From: Camelus ferus
Lineage: Eukaryota
DNA length: 64,000 nt
Direction of reading: 5' to 3'
Assembly (NCBI RefSeq): GCF_009834535.1
Contig: NC_045696.1
Location: 310,001 to 374,000 of the forward strand
The notes below the pieces were generated by a model. That model saw only the letters and a program-made list of their open reading frames with translations, searched no databases and was not told the DNA's origin. Every line of letters begins with the position of its first letter. Positions within the stretch are counted from its first letter, which is position 1. Shown piece after piece: positions 24,536-37,600 of the stretch. The position numbers were made by a program, and so were the translations under genes.

Positions 24536-26449
24536 GAGATCACCATCCCCCAGGAGCCAGTCGGAACTACAGACCCTGAGGCCATTCCCTAGACTGAGAC
24601 AATCCAAATCCTCATTTTACCAAGATCCCCAGGTGTCCCTGTGCAGGTTTCCAGCTGTGGAAGTACTGGTGTAAGGGCATCCCTGGGCCAAGACTGCCCA
24701 TCTAATAGATTACCATAAAGAAGAACAGCCAGAAAAAGAATTAAAGCACCCAGGAACAAGACAGGAAATGTGTCTGCACGGAAACACTTCCCAATATAAG
24801 CGCACCAGTTGGTTTCCGAGACAGAACTCAAAGTGCTCAGGGTGGTTCTGGCACCTTTTAAAGATTTTATTATGACTGGAAATATATATACTACAATTTC
24901 TGCTATTACCTTGTTCTTCAGGTGAACTGTTTTCAACAGAAAGCTTTTAGTGTTTTGCAAGCCCTCTAGGCACCCCCTCGTCCCCTGACCCCCCATCCTC
25001 CCCAAACAAACAAGCCAAGTGGTAAGGCCAGGCTGCTGGGAACTGGAAGACATGGGCTGCTGCCACTTCCCGAGTGTCTCACTAAGGATTTCCTCCAAAT
25101 AAACTCTTGATTTGTTGTCCAAAGATCAACACTTCTGAATGTCTGACATCTAGATTAAGCCTCCAGGTAGACATTAACCCCCTACAGAAGGCCAGCCTGA
25201 GGTCAGGGAATCACTAGGTCGTGCCCTGCCCTCTGCAGAGAGCCTCTGCTCGGACAACTGAGTATTCAGCCGGGCCCCTCCCCACAGAGCTGCTCTTCAC
25301 CTCCCCAACACTCTGATCTATCCCTCTCCTCGCCTTACCCCCACCCCCACTCCACAGGAAACTATTCTATTGCACTGAGTGCGTTTTAATTCGAATATGT
25401 TCTGCAGAACGTATGCCTGCTTTGTGTCCACATATTTTGACTTTACCTGAATGACCTTATATAATAAATCTCACTCCATTGCCAATTTTTTTCGCTAAGC
25501 GCTTCGTGTTTATCACCAACCCATCTATGATGCAATGAGCACACCTAAGCCCCTACTGGCGGCAGTGGCCCTTGGACTGTGTTGTCCTCTTTAGACACTC
25601 ACTAGACACTCATAGACCCCAATCGGATCCAGGATATGATTTATGATTTTGCTTAATGAGTTTCAACTTGTGAACAACTTCAAAGTACATGTGTTTTTTG
25701 GAACAATATCTACTAAAAAAAATTTATGTTCCTCTGGAATATATGAAAATATGTAATTAAGACAAACAAATTAAAACTTAATATTGCTACACTACACTAA
25801 AACACTTAAAATCCTATTTAAAAGCAGAGCATTTGATTTTGCAGGATATTTAAAAATTAAGTATTCATTTCCTAAAAACAGTGTCTTATGTCCCCATTTC
25901 AAATGAATGATTACATGGTGAAGGCACCAAAGAGCCTTCCAAAAGGAAAAGTTCTAACTCCCTGTTTGGTGCTCATGATACCCTGAAAGCTGTCTGAACT
26001 AGTTGAATATAACCAGCTACAGATTTTCATGTGTAACCCGTTACCATATTTTCAAGTATCCAATGTAGACACCAACCCCAAAGTGCCACTGAATGCCAAG
26101 CTTCCAGCCACAGAGAACAAAGTAGAACCCAAAACAGATTCCAGCCCAAAACTAATGAACTAATAAAGGGACTCACATCCAAGGTTTCTGACCCCAAGTT
26201 CAGTAAACACTAAAGAGAGAAACAGCAGATCTGCTGCACAGAACCAGGGGAACCCTGACCACCAGCCAGCTAGTCAGTAAGTATAATTTTTAACGATTTT
26301 CAAACATATGTTTTTTAAACTGAAATATCTGATTGCCCTGACAAATATAAACAGAAGTCATATTCCACCAGACAACAGCTTTAAAAAATGTTATAAAAAG
26401 TATAAGAAATACATGATGACACCTAGGTCTTTGTTAGTGTTACATGGCC

Positions 26450-27790
26450 TAGCAGCTCTCAAAGGTTTTGGATTCAAGAACACACTCTTAGAAATTACTG
26501 AGGACCCCATGGAGCTTTTGTTTGTGAGCTATCAGTGTTTATCATATTAGAAATAAAAACTGTGAAAATTTTTTAAATTTAATAATTAATTTTTAAAAAT
26601 TTATAATAAACCTACCATGTTAACATAAAGATATTTTAAATGAAAATTAACAGATTTCCACAGCATTTACTGAGCACAGGTATTGTTTTACTTTTACAAG
26701 CCTCTTTAATACCTGGCTTCGCAGATGACAACTGCACTCTCATAGTTCTCGTACCCACGTCAGCATTCAGTGGGCTGCAGAATGTGGGGTTGCAGTTTAT
26801 GAAGCAAATCCAGTCTCTCACACACACACATGGCTTGGAAAAGGGGGGACTATTTCAGTAGCTTCTTCAGATCGTTGTGGACATTCTTCTTTGATACCAC
26901 ACCAAAATGAGGCAAGTGGTAGTTTCTTAAACAACAGTTGCAACATAGAATCTAAAACCTTATCAATGAACTTTTCCTGCTGATACACTGCAACCCACTG
27001 GTCTACCTTTGAATGGATCCTTTACCTATGTGTGAATTTGTAACATAATGCACCAATCATTTGGAAAATACTGGTTCACAGAATTCTGCCAATCTTCCAA
27101 ATGTCGACACATTTCATTAAATAGCATTAGTAACTCACATTCATTAACTTTGCCACTGAACCCATCAAAGAAGTCCTTAAGAAGACTGAGAAGCTGTCAA
27201 GCTCATGGTAGCAGATAAAAATTTTTAATTTTAAAATTTTTGCTTGAAAGTATAAATTTATGACAGTTGTTCTTCATTTATTTTTCAGAAAATGTCCGCC
27301 AAATACCCAATTCTGAATAATTGTAGTTTGTCTGCCACTCATTTTTTCAAGTAAAAATCATGCTCCACAGCAAAAGCAGCCAGTTTGTTCTACAGCTCAA
27401 ACTGCACAACCGCTGCTCCTCACACAGGCCTGGCCCGCTCGGTGTGGCAGACATGCTTTAGTCACCTCCCGTTCCTCACTAAGAGACTAAAACAGTACTC
27501 GCGGTTGAGATTTAAACCAACTGTCCCTGCTTCAGCAAGGAAGGACATGTCTAAGTCAGAGTGGCACTGATTTTACTGTGAGCAGGGAGGTGATGAAGAA
27601 TGCAGTGACTCCAGTGTGGTTTGGGGCCCCTGCTACAGTTCGCACCAAGGCACCAGCAGTTTTACTCACCATTGCTTCTGCACCATCAGTACAAATGGAA
27701 AACAGAAATGACATCTTCCTTCATTGGCCCCCAGCAAGAGTCTTAGGGACTCCTGAGAGGTGTGTGAACACAGTTTGGGAGCCAGGGCAG
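26450..27790. mobile_element. Charlie1-like hAT DNA transposon fossil
   Basis: Termini resemble the Charlie1/MER106 family (ctctcaaaggttttgg...ttagaaattactgaggacccc...gagcttttgtttgtg; ...cacagtttgggagcca) with a degenerate AT-rich interior; recognised from recall only. Confidence 0.55.
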
Positions 27791-30700
27791 ATTGCTTCTG
27801 GAAGGAAATACAAGAAATGGATACCAGAGGCTACCTTTGGGGAGAGGCTAGGGGTACGAGGGAGGCTCACTCCATCCAACATTTCCTTTGAACTGCTTCA
27901 TTTCTCTGCAGTGTGTGTCTGCATCACTATTTTAATGCAATATTGTGCAAAGCCTTATGACCACTGGAGAAACAAAGCTAAACCTGACCACTGACAGCCA
28001 AAACATGACCAAGCACCCAGCAGGTACTCAGCAATTACTGAATGAATACATACATACAAATAAGAAACACAAAAAACAAAAAGTGGCAAGAACTCCAAAA
28101 GATGAGGCAAATTTGATGAGAATTCCGGGAAAGGAGCCACATCAGAGGTGATCAGGAAAGTGTCACAATGAGAAGACATTTGGGCTGGGCTTTGACAGGT
28201 GAATGGAATTTGGACATGAGCACTTCAGTATACCACAAAATATTTCAGAAGCATAACAAATGTCTATTGATGTGAAGGCAACATCAGTCTGTCATTCTGA
28301 AAACTAAGAATTATATGACAAATTTTAGAAATTAAAGACATTTAAAGAGGAAAAAGGCTTTGTGAAAGAAAGAAGAAGGAAGAAGCCCCTTCCTCTACAT
28401 CCATAGACAGAGCTCCTCCTCTTTGGGCTGACTCCATCCAGACTGGGACCCCTGCACTACGAGAATGCAGGAAAACAAGAAACAGACTAAAGTTAAAGCT
28501 AGGGAATAGACCTATTAACCAGGATGAAAAAAACAGGAGTGAGACAAATGTAACCTATTGTGTAAGAACTTCCTCTCTAAACTTCTGTAGGCCCCTGAAA
28601 CAAAGAACAAACTTTATACCATCCTCCTCGTTTTTAAAGCCGTTCAGTAGCAACAACCCCAAGATACTGTCCAGTACTGAAATCAGTCGAAGGTCATTTC
28701 ATACAATAACAGGCAAAGCACAAGAGTTTAGGAATCATTTTTTTTTAAGAAAAATGAAGATTATACCTCTAATAACCTCACTTCCATCCACAGGCATTTT
28801 AATATACTTTGAGGAGCCACATATGTGAATTCTTCTGAATATTTTCATGGAGGTGGGGGTGGGGGACTTCTAAGAAGAGTGAGGTTCTGCTCCACCTTTC
28901 ATCCTCATCTAAATTTGAAGGAGACTTCTAAGTCAAGAAGGGTGAAACAGCCAGGAAAAGTCAGGGAAAAAAAAAAATCACAGCTGTGCTTTATTTCCCC
29001 CTAGGGAATCCATACCAGAAAGTCAACAAGCCTGCCCTGTGGGGAGAAATCAGTGTAGTCTAAAACCAGAACCTTCCCTGAGGGCAAGCCCCAATTTCAA
29101 TGACTGGGGAGAATCCAGTGAGGCTGCTGGAGAACAAGTCCACGTGTGAGTTACAAGTAAGGGCAGGGGCGTACCTGGGTACAGCTGAGGGGAGGTCATG
29201 CAGGATTCTCAGTTACCCAGGTATTGAAGACTGATTATCTGTCTCCATGTAGGCAGCATTCTGTCTGTGTTGTTTGCTTTCCCCTCCAATCTGCCTAGCA
29301 CAGTGTTGTCTCTAAATTTTAAGCAACTTCTCGCTCAGACAAATGTGAGTGCTGTGAAGGCATCCTATTTTGACATTACTTTATTCTGAATTAGAAATTT
29401 ATCCCCTTCCCCACAAAGGGGGAGGGGACAGACAGCACACAGAGCAAAGAGTCCCACTTTCTACTTCTACATGGTCGAAATGTAAAAATGATCGTGACGA
29501 TGAAACTAAATGCAGTTGCTTTGGGACTATGTTTCATTAAAAACATCTTCCTTTTGCAAAATTCTTGGAGGCCTTGCAACCAGTAAGGCTGAAAAAAAAA
29601 CCCAAACAAAAACAAAACAAAACAAAAATCTTCCTTTAACCGTTAATTCCTTTAAAACCTTACCAGTTTCAAGGCACTTTCACATACACTATCTGAATCT
29701 TCACAGGAACTGTGGGATGTCAGTAAGGCTGGTGTTCACCTCCTTTTACAGCTGACCAAACCCAAGTTCAGAAATGTTATAATTCAGTGGAGATTCATGG
29801 ACACTTACCACATGGAACTGTGCGAAGATGCCAAAAACCTGCCTAAGACAAAGTCCCTATGGCAAAGCATCTCCAAGTCCAGCGGGGAGGCCCAAGTCAG
29901 CTACAACCACAACAAAAGCTGAAGCAGCCAACATCAAGGGTGTGGAAGCACCCTGGGACCAAAGCCAAGCATGATTATGCCCGAGTAATCGCTGACCTAT
30001 TTGGGCCAAAAGAAAGGTGTTGGGCCAATCCAGGAGGTGGCCAGAGGCCAGAGCTACGACCTCCTTGGCTGTCCCCGCCCTTCAACACTGAGTTCACCTC
30101 CTTCCTCAGCTCAGGCTGAGTTTCCAGGTTCTTGTCCACCTACATATAGTCCCACACCGTTTACACATCTGTACATCCTCTACATATGTCTAAAATGACA
30201 ACAGCATAAACGATTCAATAGATAAGAAGCATTTCTTTTGCTGAAGTGCCAGTCTTTACGTGTGTTCTGTCACACAAATTATTAAGTTCTTTGAGGAAAG
30301 GATTCGATCTCATTTAACCATCTATGCCTAGAAAGAACTCAAACATACAACTATAAAACAAGGAATTGAGGGAATAGCAAACACACTGGAGCAGAAATTA
30401 GGAGCAATCTACAAAGACACATCTGAAATGTGTCAAATGTAAACTGCGTCTACTTGCTTTTCTCTAGATGAGGGCTGTACAAACCCAGGATCATTGCTCT
30501 TGTCAGAACCTTCCCTAAATTTGAGTTCTTCAGGTTCCCAAAAGTGTCTAGTCACCAACTCTTAAATCCACCCATTTCCCATTGTGCTTCCATTACAAAA
30601 ATATGCCATATATCACAGAGCTTTTAAAATTTTGTACGTGCAATTCAGGGCAGTTGCAAGCAGATGTTGCGTTACCTGTAAAACACCTGCCCCTAAGCTG

Positions 30701-31199
30701 GCGAGGCTTCAGCACGTTAGTGCGACCTGTGCACAACTACCCGACCGACAGCTGTAAGAACCCGCGAGCCCAACCCCAGTCCGACATTCAACCTGGAATT
30801 TAAAGAAAGAATAATAAGACTATGGGGAAACGGATTCTAAAAGTCGAAAGTGTACTTAAGTTTCCGAACAGGTGAACATTCGGAAGCTTCCCCTCCAGGA
30901 CTTCACGGCCGGCCCGATGACCAACAACCACAGCCGGGCTCCACGCCGCGTCCTCCGGGCGCTGACGCGGACTGGGCGCCGCCCAACCCCCGAAGCCGAA
31001 TGACTCTGAAGCCTAATTTGTAAAAACTCCCTAAAAGCGGCGGCCGCCCGCTCTGAGGGCCCGTACTCTGCACACGCTGGCGCGCTTCGGGCCTGACCCT
31101 GCTCTCGTGGGGGAGGAGGCCGCGGCAGAACCGGCCGTCCTTGCCCAGACCCCGCGCCCGCGGCCTCACCAGCCCAGCGCGGGGCCCGCCGCGCCCTGA

Positions 31200-31468
31200 G
31201 GCCGGGGCTCCTCCGGGGGCGGGGTCGCGGTGTGAGGAGCCCGGCGGGGTGCCCTCCGGGGCCGGGGTCCCGGTGTGAGGGGCTGGGGGGTGGGTCCTCC
31301 CCGGGGGCTGGGGTCCCGGTGTGAGGGGTCGGGGGGTGGGTCCTCCCCGGGGGCTAGGGTCGCGGTGTGAGGGGTCGAGCGGGGTCCTCTCAGGGGCCGG
31401 AGTCCCGGTGTGAGGGGCCGGGCGGGGTCCTCTCCCGGGACCTGGGTCGCGGTGTGAGGGGCCGGGCG
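31200..31468. repeat. GC-rich ~44-bp minisatellite, ~6 copies, at the start of DIP2A intron 1
   Basis: Core GGTGTGAGG recurs at 31229, 31272, 31318, 31364, 31407 and 31451 (spacing 43-46 nt), with similar G-run flanks. Confidence 0.85.
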
Positions 31469-31473
31469 CTCAC

Positions 31474-31564
31474 CTTCCGACAGCTCCAGCTCCAGCTCCG
31501 CCAGGCTCTCCCGCACCTCAGGCGGCAGCGGCACCGCCTCCAGCGGGCAGCCGCGCTCGGCCAT
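31474..31564 (-). CDS. DIP2A: DIP2A coding exon 1 (start codon; DMAP1-binding domain start)
   Basis: GCCATGG Kozak context; MAERGCPLEAVPLPPEVRESLAELELELSE(G); donor G|GTGAG; 91 nt; lies in the CpG island. Confidence 0.96.
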
Positions 31565-33539
31565 GGCCCCGTGGGAGGCCGGCCGGCCGCTTGAGCCGGG
31601 CGGGATTGAGCCGGGGACAGGCCGAGCCCAGGCGGCGGCGCGGGCGCTAAGTCGCTCCTCTCAGTCCGGCGACTCGCATGGGCCCGAGGGTAGCCGAGGC
31701 GCCGAGCAGCGGCGCGGCCTAGGCGGCTCCACACCCGCGCGGGCGCGGGCACGGGCACGAGCGCCGGCGACTCCTCGGGCGCCGCCGCCGCCCTGCGCGT
31801 CCCCGACCTACTGGCCAGCCCGACATGGAGCGCGCGTGCGCGGCAGGAAGGGCGGGAGGGGAGTGCGCGTGCGCGGCGAGTCGCCGGCAGAGTGGGCGCC
31901 CGGCCCCGCCCAGCAACACCGGAGGCTAGTTCCCATTGGTCCCGAGGACGCGGCGAGGCCGCTCAGGGCTCCTATTGGGAGAACGGGGAGAGCGTCACTC
32001 CCGAGAGGCTCGGCGCCGGCGACCGGGGTTTCGAGGGAGGGTTGGCTCTGAGCGCGACGTCGGTGCTGCGGTCTCGGCCACGAGGCGCCCCTCACCTCGC
32101 GTTGAGGCAGCGAACCTCGGCGGGCTGGCGTCCGCGGAGTTCCCACAGGCCCCTCGGAGGGGCAGCGGGCACTGGCCTCGCGTCCGCGTGGACCGTGGGG
32201 CCCCGCCACACGCTGTCCTCCCGGCTCGAGCGGCCTCCCTCGCGGACTCTCGCGGCTGTGGGGGCAGCCGGACGCCCCGGGCAACTTCGACGTCCCGCGT
32301 AGACGCGCCGCGAATGTGTTAACCCGTCTGCCTTTTAAAACAGCCTCGGCAGGCACGGCACTGACCGGAAGCGCGCCCACGGCCATTTCAGGCGAAGGGC
32401 AAGGACAGACATCGGGCAAGACGGACGTCCGGAGCCTGGGGGCTTGGTGCAGCTGAACTGAGACCGCTCGCCACCCCCGAGCCCTGGAGGGGCTGGTCCC
32501 CAGCGTCGGGAAGCCATCTGCCTGGTGCCGCCGTGGGCTGTGCTGGACGCGAACCCCGCACCTGCCTGCGGAGGGCCACCGTCCCGGGCCGATCCTCCCG
32601 GGGGAGGCTGAACAGGCAGGAGGACAAAGATCAGGCCACTGGGCCCAGGCGGGGGGCCTCTGCTCGGAAGCGTCTGCTCCAGGGTACAGCGGACTAACTT
32701 CGTTGTTGGGCCGGTGTAGCCCTCTACTGGCTCTGCCCGACTCTGCTTCCTCCTTCTTCCCTTCACACGTGTTGACACCCGGTAAACCGCTTGTGCCCCA
32801 AACTCTATCTCACCGTCTGTTTCTGGGGAAACCATCCTGCAACAGTTGGTACCAGGAGTCTGAGAAGGCAGGTGACAAGATGGCGTTTGAGGCTGAATCA
32901 CTCACCACTTGTGGGGGAACACATACAGCCTCTGGCTGAAAGTGATCTAATTGTTAACTTTTCACCCATTTTGAAGTAGGAGAGTGAACCAGTCAAGTGA
33001 AATGGAATACACTAGTGGCCCTTTATGTATGATGGAAATGTGGAAACAGCTATACAGAAGGGTAACAGAATTGGGAAGCTATTTCTCAGTATTACTGATG
33101 TCCTTAATGGACAGCTGCCAGCTGCCAGCTGCCAGCAATGCACCATGGAAGCTATGGAGTCACTTTGGTTGCATGCAGAGAAACTCTGATCTACATTGAG
33201 ACAATAAAGACAAGGGCCAGACCTAAGAATTAATACCTCAGAGATGATAAACACCCAATCAAGGCAGTTCTGTTACACTAAGTTTGGGGCCCTGGTTGGG
33301 GAGACCCGGGCCCAGAGATACCTGAGATCAGGGTAGATGCCCTCAAAGGTTTTGACTACCCCAGACGGCCTTGAACCTTTGCAACCTGCCCATGTGGCTC
33401 ACCTTTCTCTACCAACCTAGCACTCCTTCCCTCAACCTATTGGATACTAGGCATATAATTATGACTATTAACATAATTAAGCTGGAAACATGGTGAGATA
33501 GAAAACACTAAAGCGCCCCCCCCTCCCCAAAAAAACCAC

Positions 33540-33925
33540 TGTGCATTAGTTTGCTGGGGCTGCTTACAGAAATGTATTACAGATCTGGAGGCTAGAAGTT
33601 AGAACAGGGTGACCGAGAGCTATGAGGGAAGGGTCATTCCTGTCTGCTGTATTCTGGTGGTTTGTGGCAATCTTTGATGTTACTTGGCTTGTAGATGCAT
33701 CATGACAGTCTCTGCCTTCATGTTCAGATGGCTTTCTCCCTGTTTGTTTCTGTGTCCAAATCCCCTGTTTTTAAGGACACTAGTCATTGGATTAGGACCT
33801 ACCCTAATTAATTCATCTTAATTTGATCATCTGCAAAGACCCTATTTCCATGTAAGATGATATTAATGGGTACTGGGGATTAGGATGTCAACATCTTTTG
33901 GGGGGACACAGTTCAACCCATTACA
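33540..33925 (-). mobile_element. MaLR (MLT1-type) solo LTR nested in the ERV-L
   Basis: tgtgcattagtttgctggggctgc...tctggaggctagaagt...aaggacactagtcattggattagg...ggggacacagttcaacccattaca; TG...CA ends. Confidence 0.75.
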
Positions 33926-34164
33926 GGCTGTAAGATCCAGCCAGCTGCCAGGAGCTAGGAAAGTTTGTGTGGGACTATGAGTGCTTGTTGAGTGGTGGTC
34001 CCCAGCATCCTTGTTTAGTTCACCAGCATGACCGCTGCAGAATTCAAGAGAGAGCTGGAGTGTAAAATCGGGTAGAAGACTATTATGAGCAGTCTTCTAA
34101 GATACAGGATTTAACACCCAGGCAAAGAGTGGTAGCAAACTCACTGAAAGGATGGCTCCTAAAA

Positions 34165-34656
34165 TTGTGCTGTACCTTTGCTACATAACAAATTACTACA
34201 CACACTTAGTGGCTTAAAATGAGAATCATTTATTAGCTCTCCAGGTGACTGTGGGTCAGGGCATAGTGGGGACGGCTTATCTGTTTCACAGCATCTGGGG
34301 CTTCAGCTGGAGCAGCTTGAAGGCTAGAGGTTGGAATGATCTGAAGGTTCATTTACTCACATGTCTGGCCATTGATCCTGGCGCCCAGATTAAGGAATGT
34401 TGGCCGGCATACCCACACATGGCCACCCCTTGTGGCCTAGGCTTCCTCACAGTGGGATGGCTGGGTTCCAAGGGCAGTTGTCCAGAGACAAAGGAAAGCC
34501 ACAGCCTTTTTGTGAACTACCCTCAAGAGTAACATACCATCACTTCTGCCACTTCTGTTAGTAAATCTCACCTATAGTCGGGGAAGAGGAATTAGACTCC
34601 ATCTTCTGAAGGGAGCTATGTTAGAATTTGCAGATATATTTTTAAAACACTACACA
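34165..34656 (-). mobile_element. Second MaLR (MLT1-type) solo LTR
   Basis: ataacaaattactac...acttagtggcttaaaa...ggcttcctcacagt...catcacttctgccac...ttagactccatctt...tttttaaaacactacac. Confidence 0.7.
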
Positions 34657-37600
34657 CGGAGAAAGCTATGGCCCACAATAAAAAAAGCTGAAATGAGAAA
34701 ATTGCTGGGATGGACTCGTGGAAAGGAGTAAAGGAGACAGGGATATAGTTGTGCTGAAATTTAAATACTCCGTGCTCCCTGAAGACCCACCAGATGATTG
34801 TATTCCACATAAAGGCACAAATAACACATTTACAAATAAACAGGCTGACGAAAGGGGCATTGGTGTTGTGATTCAGTGGTGGCTCAGCTCTGTAGGCAAG
34901 AGTGGACAGCAGGAGAGGCTGCTCCAGTACCTGCCTGGGCGACAGCACTGGGGGTGGTAGGGCCCTACAACAAGAGGCCAGGGGCAGCACTTAACTGAGA
35001 AGTCAGAGTATCACAGTTACGATCGCCAGCAAGGTCTGAGTGGCAGCCAAGGAAGCATAAGTGCAGAGCTGCAGAAATGGCTAATGAAACAGGGCGTCCC
35101 CAGAGGAACAGATAGCTACTGAGGCTTCTCCCAGCTGAAAAAGGCCGAGGATGGGTGATTTTGATATCCAGACACCCAGATCATCACCATGGCTCCCCCG
35201 TCAGAGTGGCTGCATATGGTGGCCAGATAATTAATGGGTCCTGTCCAAGGTCCAGCTTACGGGTTCACTGGGTCTCTGGACCTGCTGGGTGGTCATTTCC
35301 CCTGTCCCCAACTGAGTAATTGCATTGACATAGTCTCATGTGGGGTCCCTGACCTGTAGGTTTAGAGCTGTCACAATATGCCAAGTGGAAACCTCAGAAA
35401 GTGCCCTATTCCTATCAAGATCATAAAACAGTATCACATGTAGGGCTGGGGGGTATGGCAGAGATTGGTGCCACTTTAAAGGATCTAAAGGATACAGCAT
35501 AGCGGTCCCCAAAATCTTTAGTTCACCAGCATGACCCCTGCAAGAATCAGAGGATGACAGCGTATTACAAACTCAACCAAATAATAGCCCTGATAGTAGA
35601 GACAAGGCAGGTGGCTATTGACTGGGTGCTCTTTTCTGTCAGAAAAGAGTATTAGAAGCATTTCACAAAGATACAGTTTTGCCTGAAGGCTGTGTTACCC
35701 TTCTTGCCCTCTCTCAGTCCAAAGACTTCACCATCTTGAAGAATATCACATTGTTCCACTGTATCAATAACATTATGTTGATTGGCCAGATGAGCAAGAG
35801 ATGACAATGGTGGAGGCCTTGGTAAGACACAGGTGCTCCAGAGAATAATAGATGAACCCTATGAAAATTCCAGGACTTGCTACGTGTAACATTTTTAGGA
35901 GTCCAGTGATACCCTAGGCCATCCCTTCCAAAAGCCGGAGACAGTTAATGTGTCTTGCACCTTCAGCCATTAAGAAAGGAAGACACTGTTGGGCCTCTTC
36001 AGGTTCTGGAAGCAGCATATTCCACACCTTAGGGATACTGCTCTGGCCCGAATACTGGGTGATTTGGAAGGCTGCCAGGTTGAGAAGAGCCTAGAACAAG
36101 AAGAGTTCTGTAGTAGGTCAGGGCTGTGATGCAGGCAGCTCTGCTGCCTGGGCCATGTGTTCTAGCTGGTGGTACTGGCGGTTGCTGGCGGGGAACAGTG
36201 CAATGTGGAGTTCCTGGCACATCTCAGTAGAAGATCCACAAAGCCCGACCCTAGGTTCCACCATGATACTTGGAGCAGGGCGTTATGTACCTTTTGGGGG
36301 AAACACCACCGCCTTGGTGTGCTTCTGTGCTCTGTTAGAGGTGGAACACCTGACCTTGGGACACCAGGTGACCATGCAGAAAAAAACAGCGCTTTGTTAG
36401 GTGGGTTCTGCCAAACCTGCCAAGTCATGAGGTCGGATTGGCCTGGCAACAGTCCATCAGAAGGTGGAGAGTAGTAGATTCCAGTGAGTGTGAGACTGTT
36501 CGGAGCACGTGGCCCAGACCCACACGGCATCCACTGCTGTTGTGTCAGGGCCTCTCTCATCTCACCTGGGATCATGTGGGGAAGCTTTGAAGACCAGCTG
36601 ACAGAGGAGGAAAAATCTCGAGCTTGGATCATACTAGATTGGCTTGGTATGTGAGTTCAAAATGAAAATGGACAGCAGCTATACGACAGCCTCACTCAGG
36701 GTGGCCTTGAAACGACATATCCTCTCAATAGGCAGAGTGCCCAGTCATTCACTTATTTGCGTGTAAGGAGTGGCCCAAGGTGAGGATCTATACGGACACT
36801 CGGGCAGTGGTGGATGGCCTGGGTGGCTGGTTAAGGGCCTGGAAGGAACACAGTTGGAAACTGGGGACAAAGGTCTGTGGTGGAAACGTGTGAGCAGATG
36901 TACCGGAATAGGCGCCAAGTGGGATGGTCTTTGTATAAACGCTGGTGCCCACGAGTGTCCGGGCAAGTACTAAACAGCCAGGCTGACGCTGGACAGCATC
37001 TCTTGCACGATCGGTCCACGTAATGAGCTGGAGGCTGTTCACAGGCCCGACGGGGTGGCTGCCTGACCAAAGCCTGGTCTAAGCACTTGCTGCCACTGAA
37101 GGTCTAACCTGCCAGCTGAAGAGACCAACGCCGAGCTCCCAGTGTGGCCCCTTTCACCGGGAAGTTCAGCCCAGCCGCATGCGCAATATTGGACTCGTCC
37201 CGTAAGAGTCACAGGTTTTCCCAGAAGCAGATCCACGTTCCACATACAGTCCCGTGTGCTGGTGTGTTAACTGCACAGATTAGCAAGGCGGCAGGCCCGG
37301 CAACAAGGGAGAAGTCTGGGTCACTGGAGAGCCTGCCTTACTGAGACCTGACCTCGTGGGTCTTGGGAGAGGATTCGAGCATCTTTGTTTTGAAGAATCT
37401 GTGCCCCACATCAGGCAGGTGTGTTTTGGCGATTAAATACAGGTGGATGAGGACAAATTCTTAGTAGCCAAAGGGTCATCTGCCGACGTGCCTTCAGATG
37501 GACTCCTGCCTGCCCCCGTCGGGCCTGGTGCACGGGAGGGCAGGAGGGCAAGGGCACCTCTCCCCTCCACGGAGCTGCAGGCAGCATCTCTAGGAGCTGA

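Larger units (their letters stand above)
3677..31564 (-). other. DIP2A: DIP2A gene, 5' part (coding exons 1-6); gene continues beyond the left edge of the window
   Basis: Six GT-AG exons (91, 72, 120, 120, 210, 135 nt; all phase-1 junctions) splice into one frame, MAERGCPLEAVPLPPEVRESLAELELELSEGDITQKGYEKKRAKLL...DVHTEAVQAALAKYKERKMPMPSKRRS...DLHSAPPDVTTGLV. This matches the DIP2A N-terminus with its DMAP1-binding domain, and the PCNT-DIP2A gene order is conserved in mammals. Confidence 0.96.
30900..32450 (-). promoter_or_regulatory. CpG island / DIP2A promoter
   Basis: Very GC- and CpG-dense around exon 1. Contains two NRF1-like GCGCGTGCGC motifs (31832-31841, 31865-31874), a GC box CCCCGCCC (31904-31911) and two CCAAT boxes on the minus strand (ATTGG at 31935-31939 and 31974-31978). 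No TATA box seen; the TSS cannot be placed from sequence. Confidence 0.85.

Noticed and set aside
31200..31468. Regularly spaced repeats superficially like a CRISPR array
   Set aside because: Eukaryotic context, the sequences between cores are degenerate copies of each other rather than unique spacers, and there are no cas genes.
31166..32419. Multiple overlapping Arg/Pro/Gly-rich ORFs, including the 132-aa read-through of DIP2A exon 1
   Set aside because: Expected stop-codon scarcity in a CpG island and minisatellite; exon 1 has a canonical donor at 31473.
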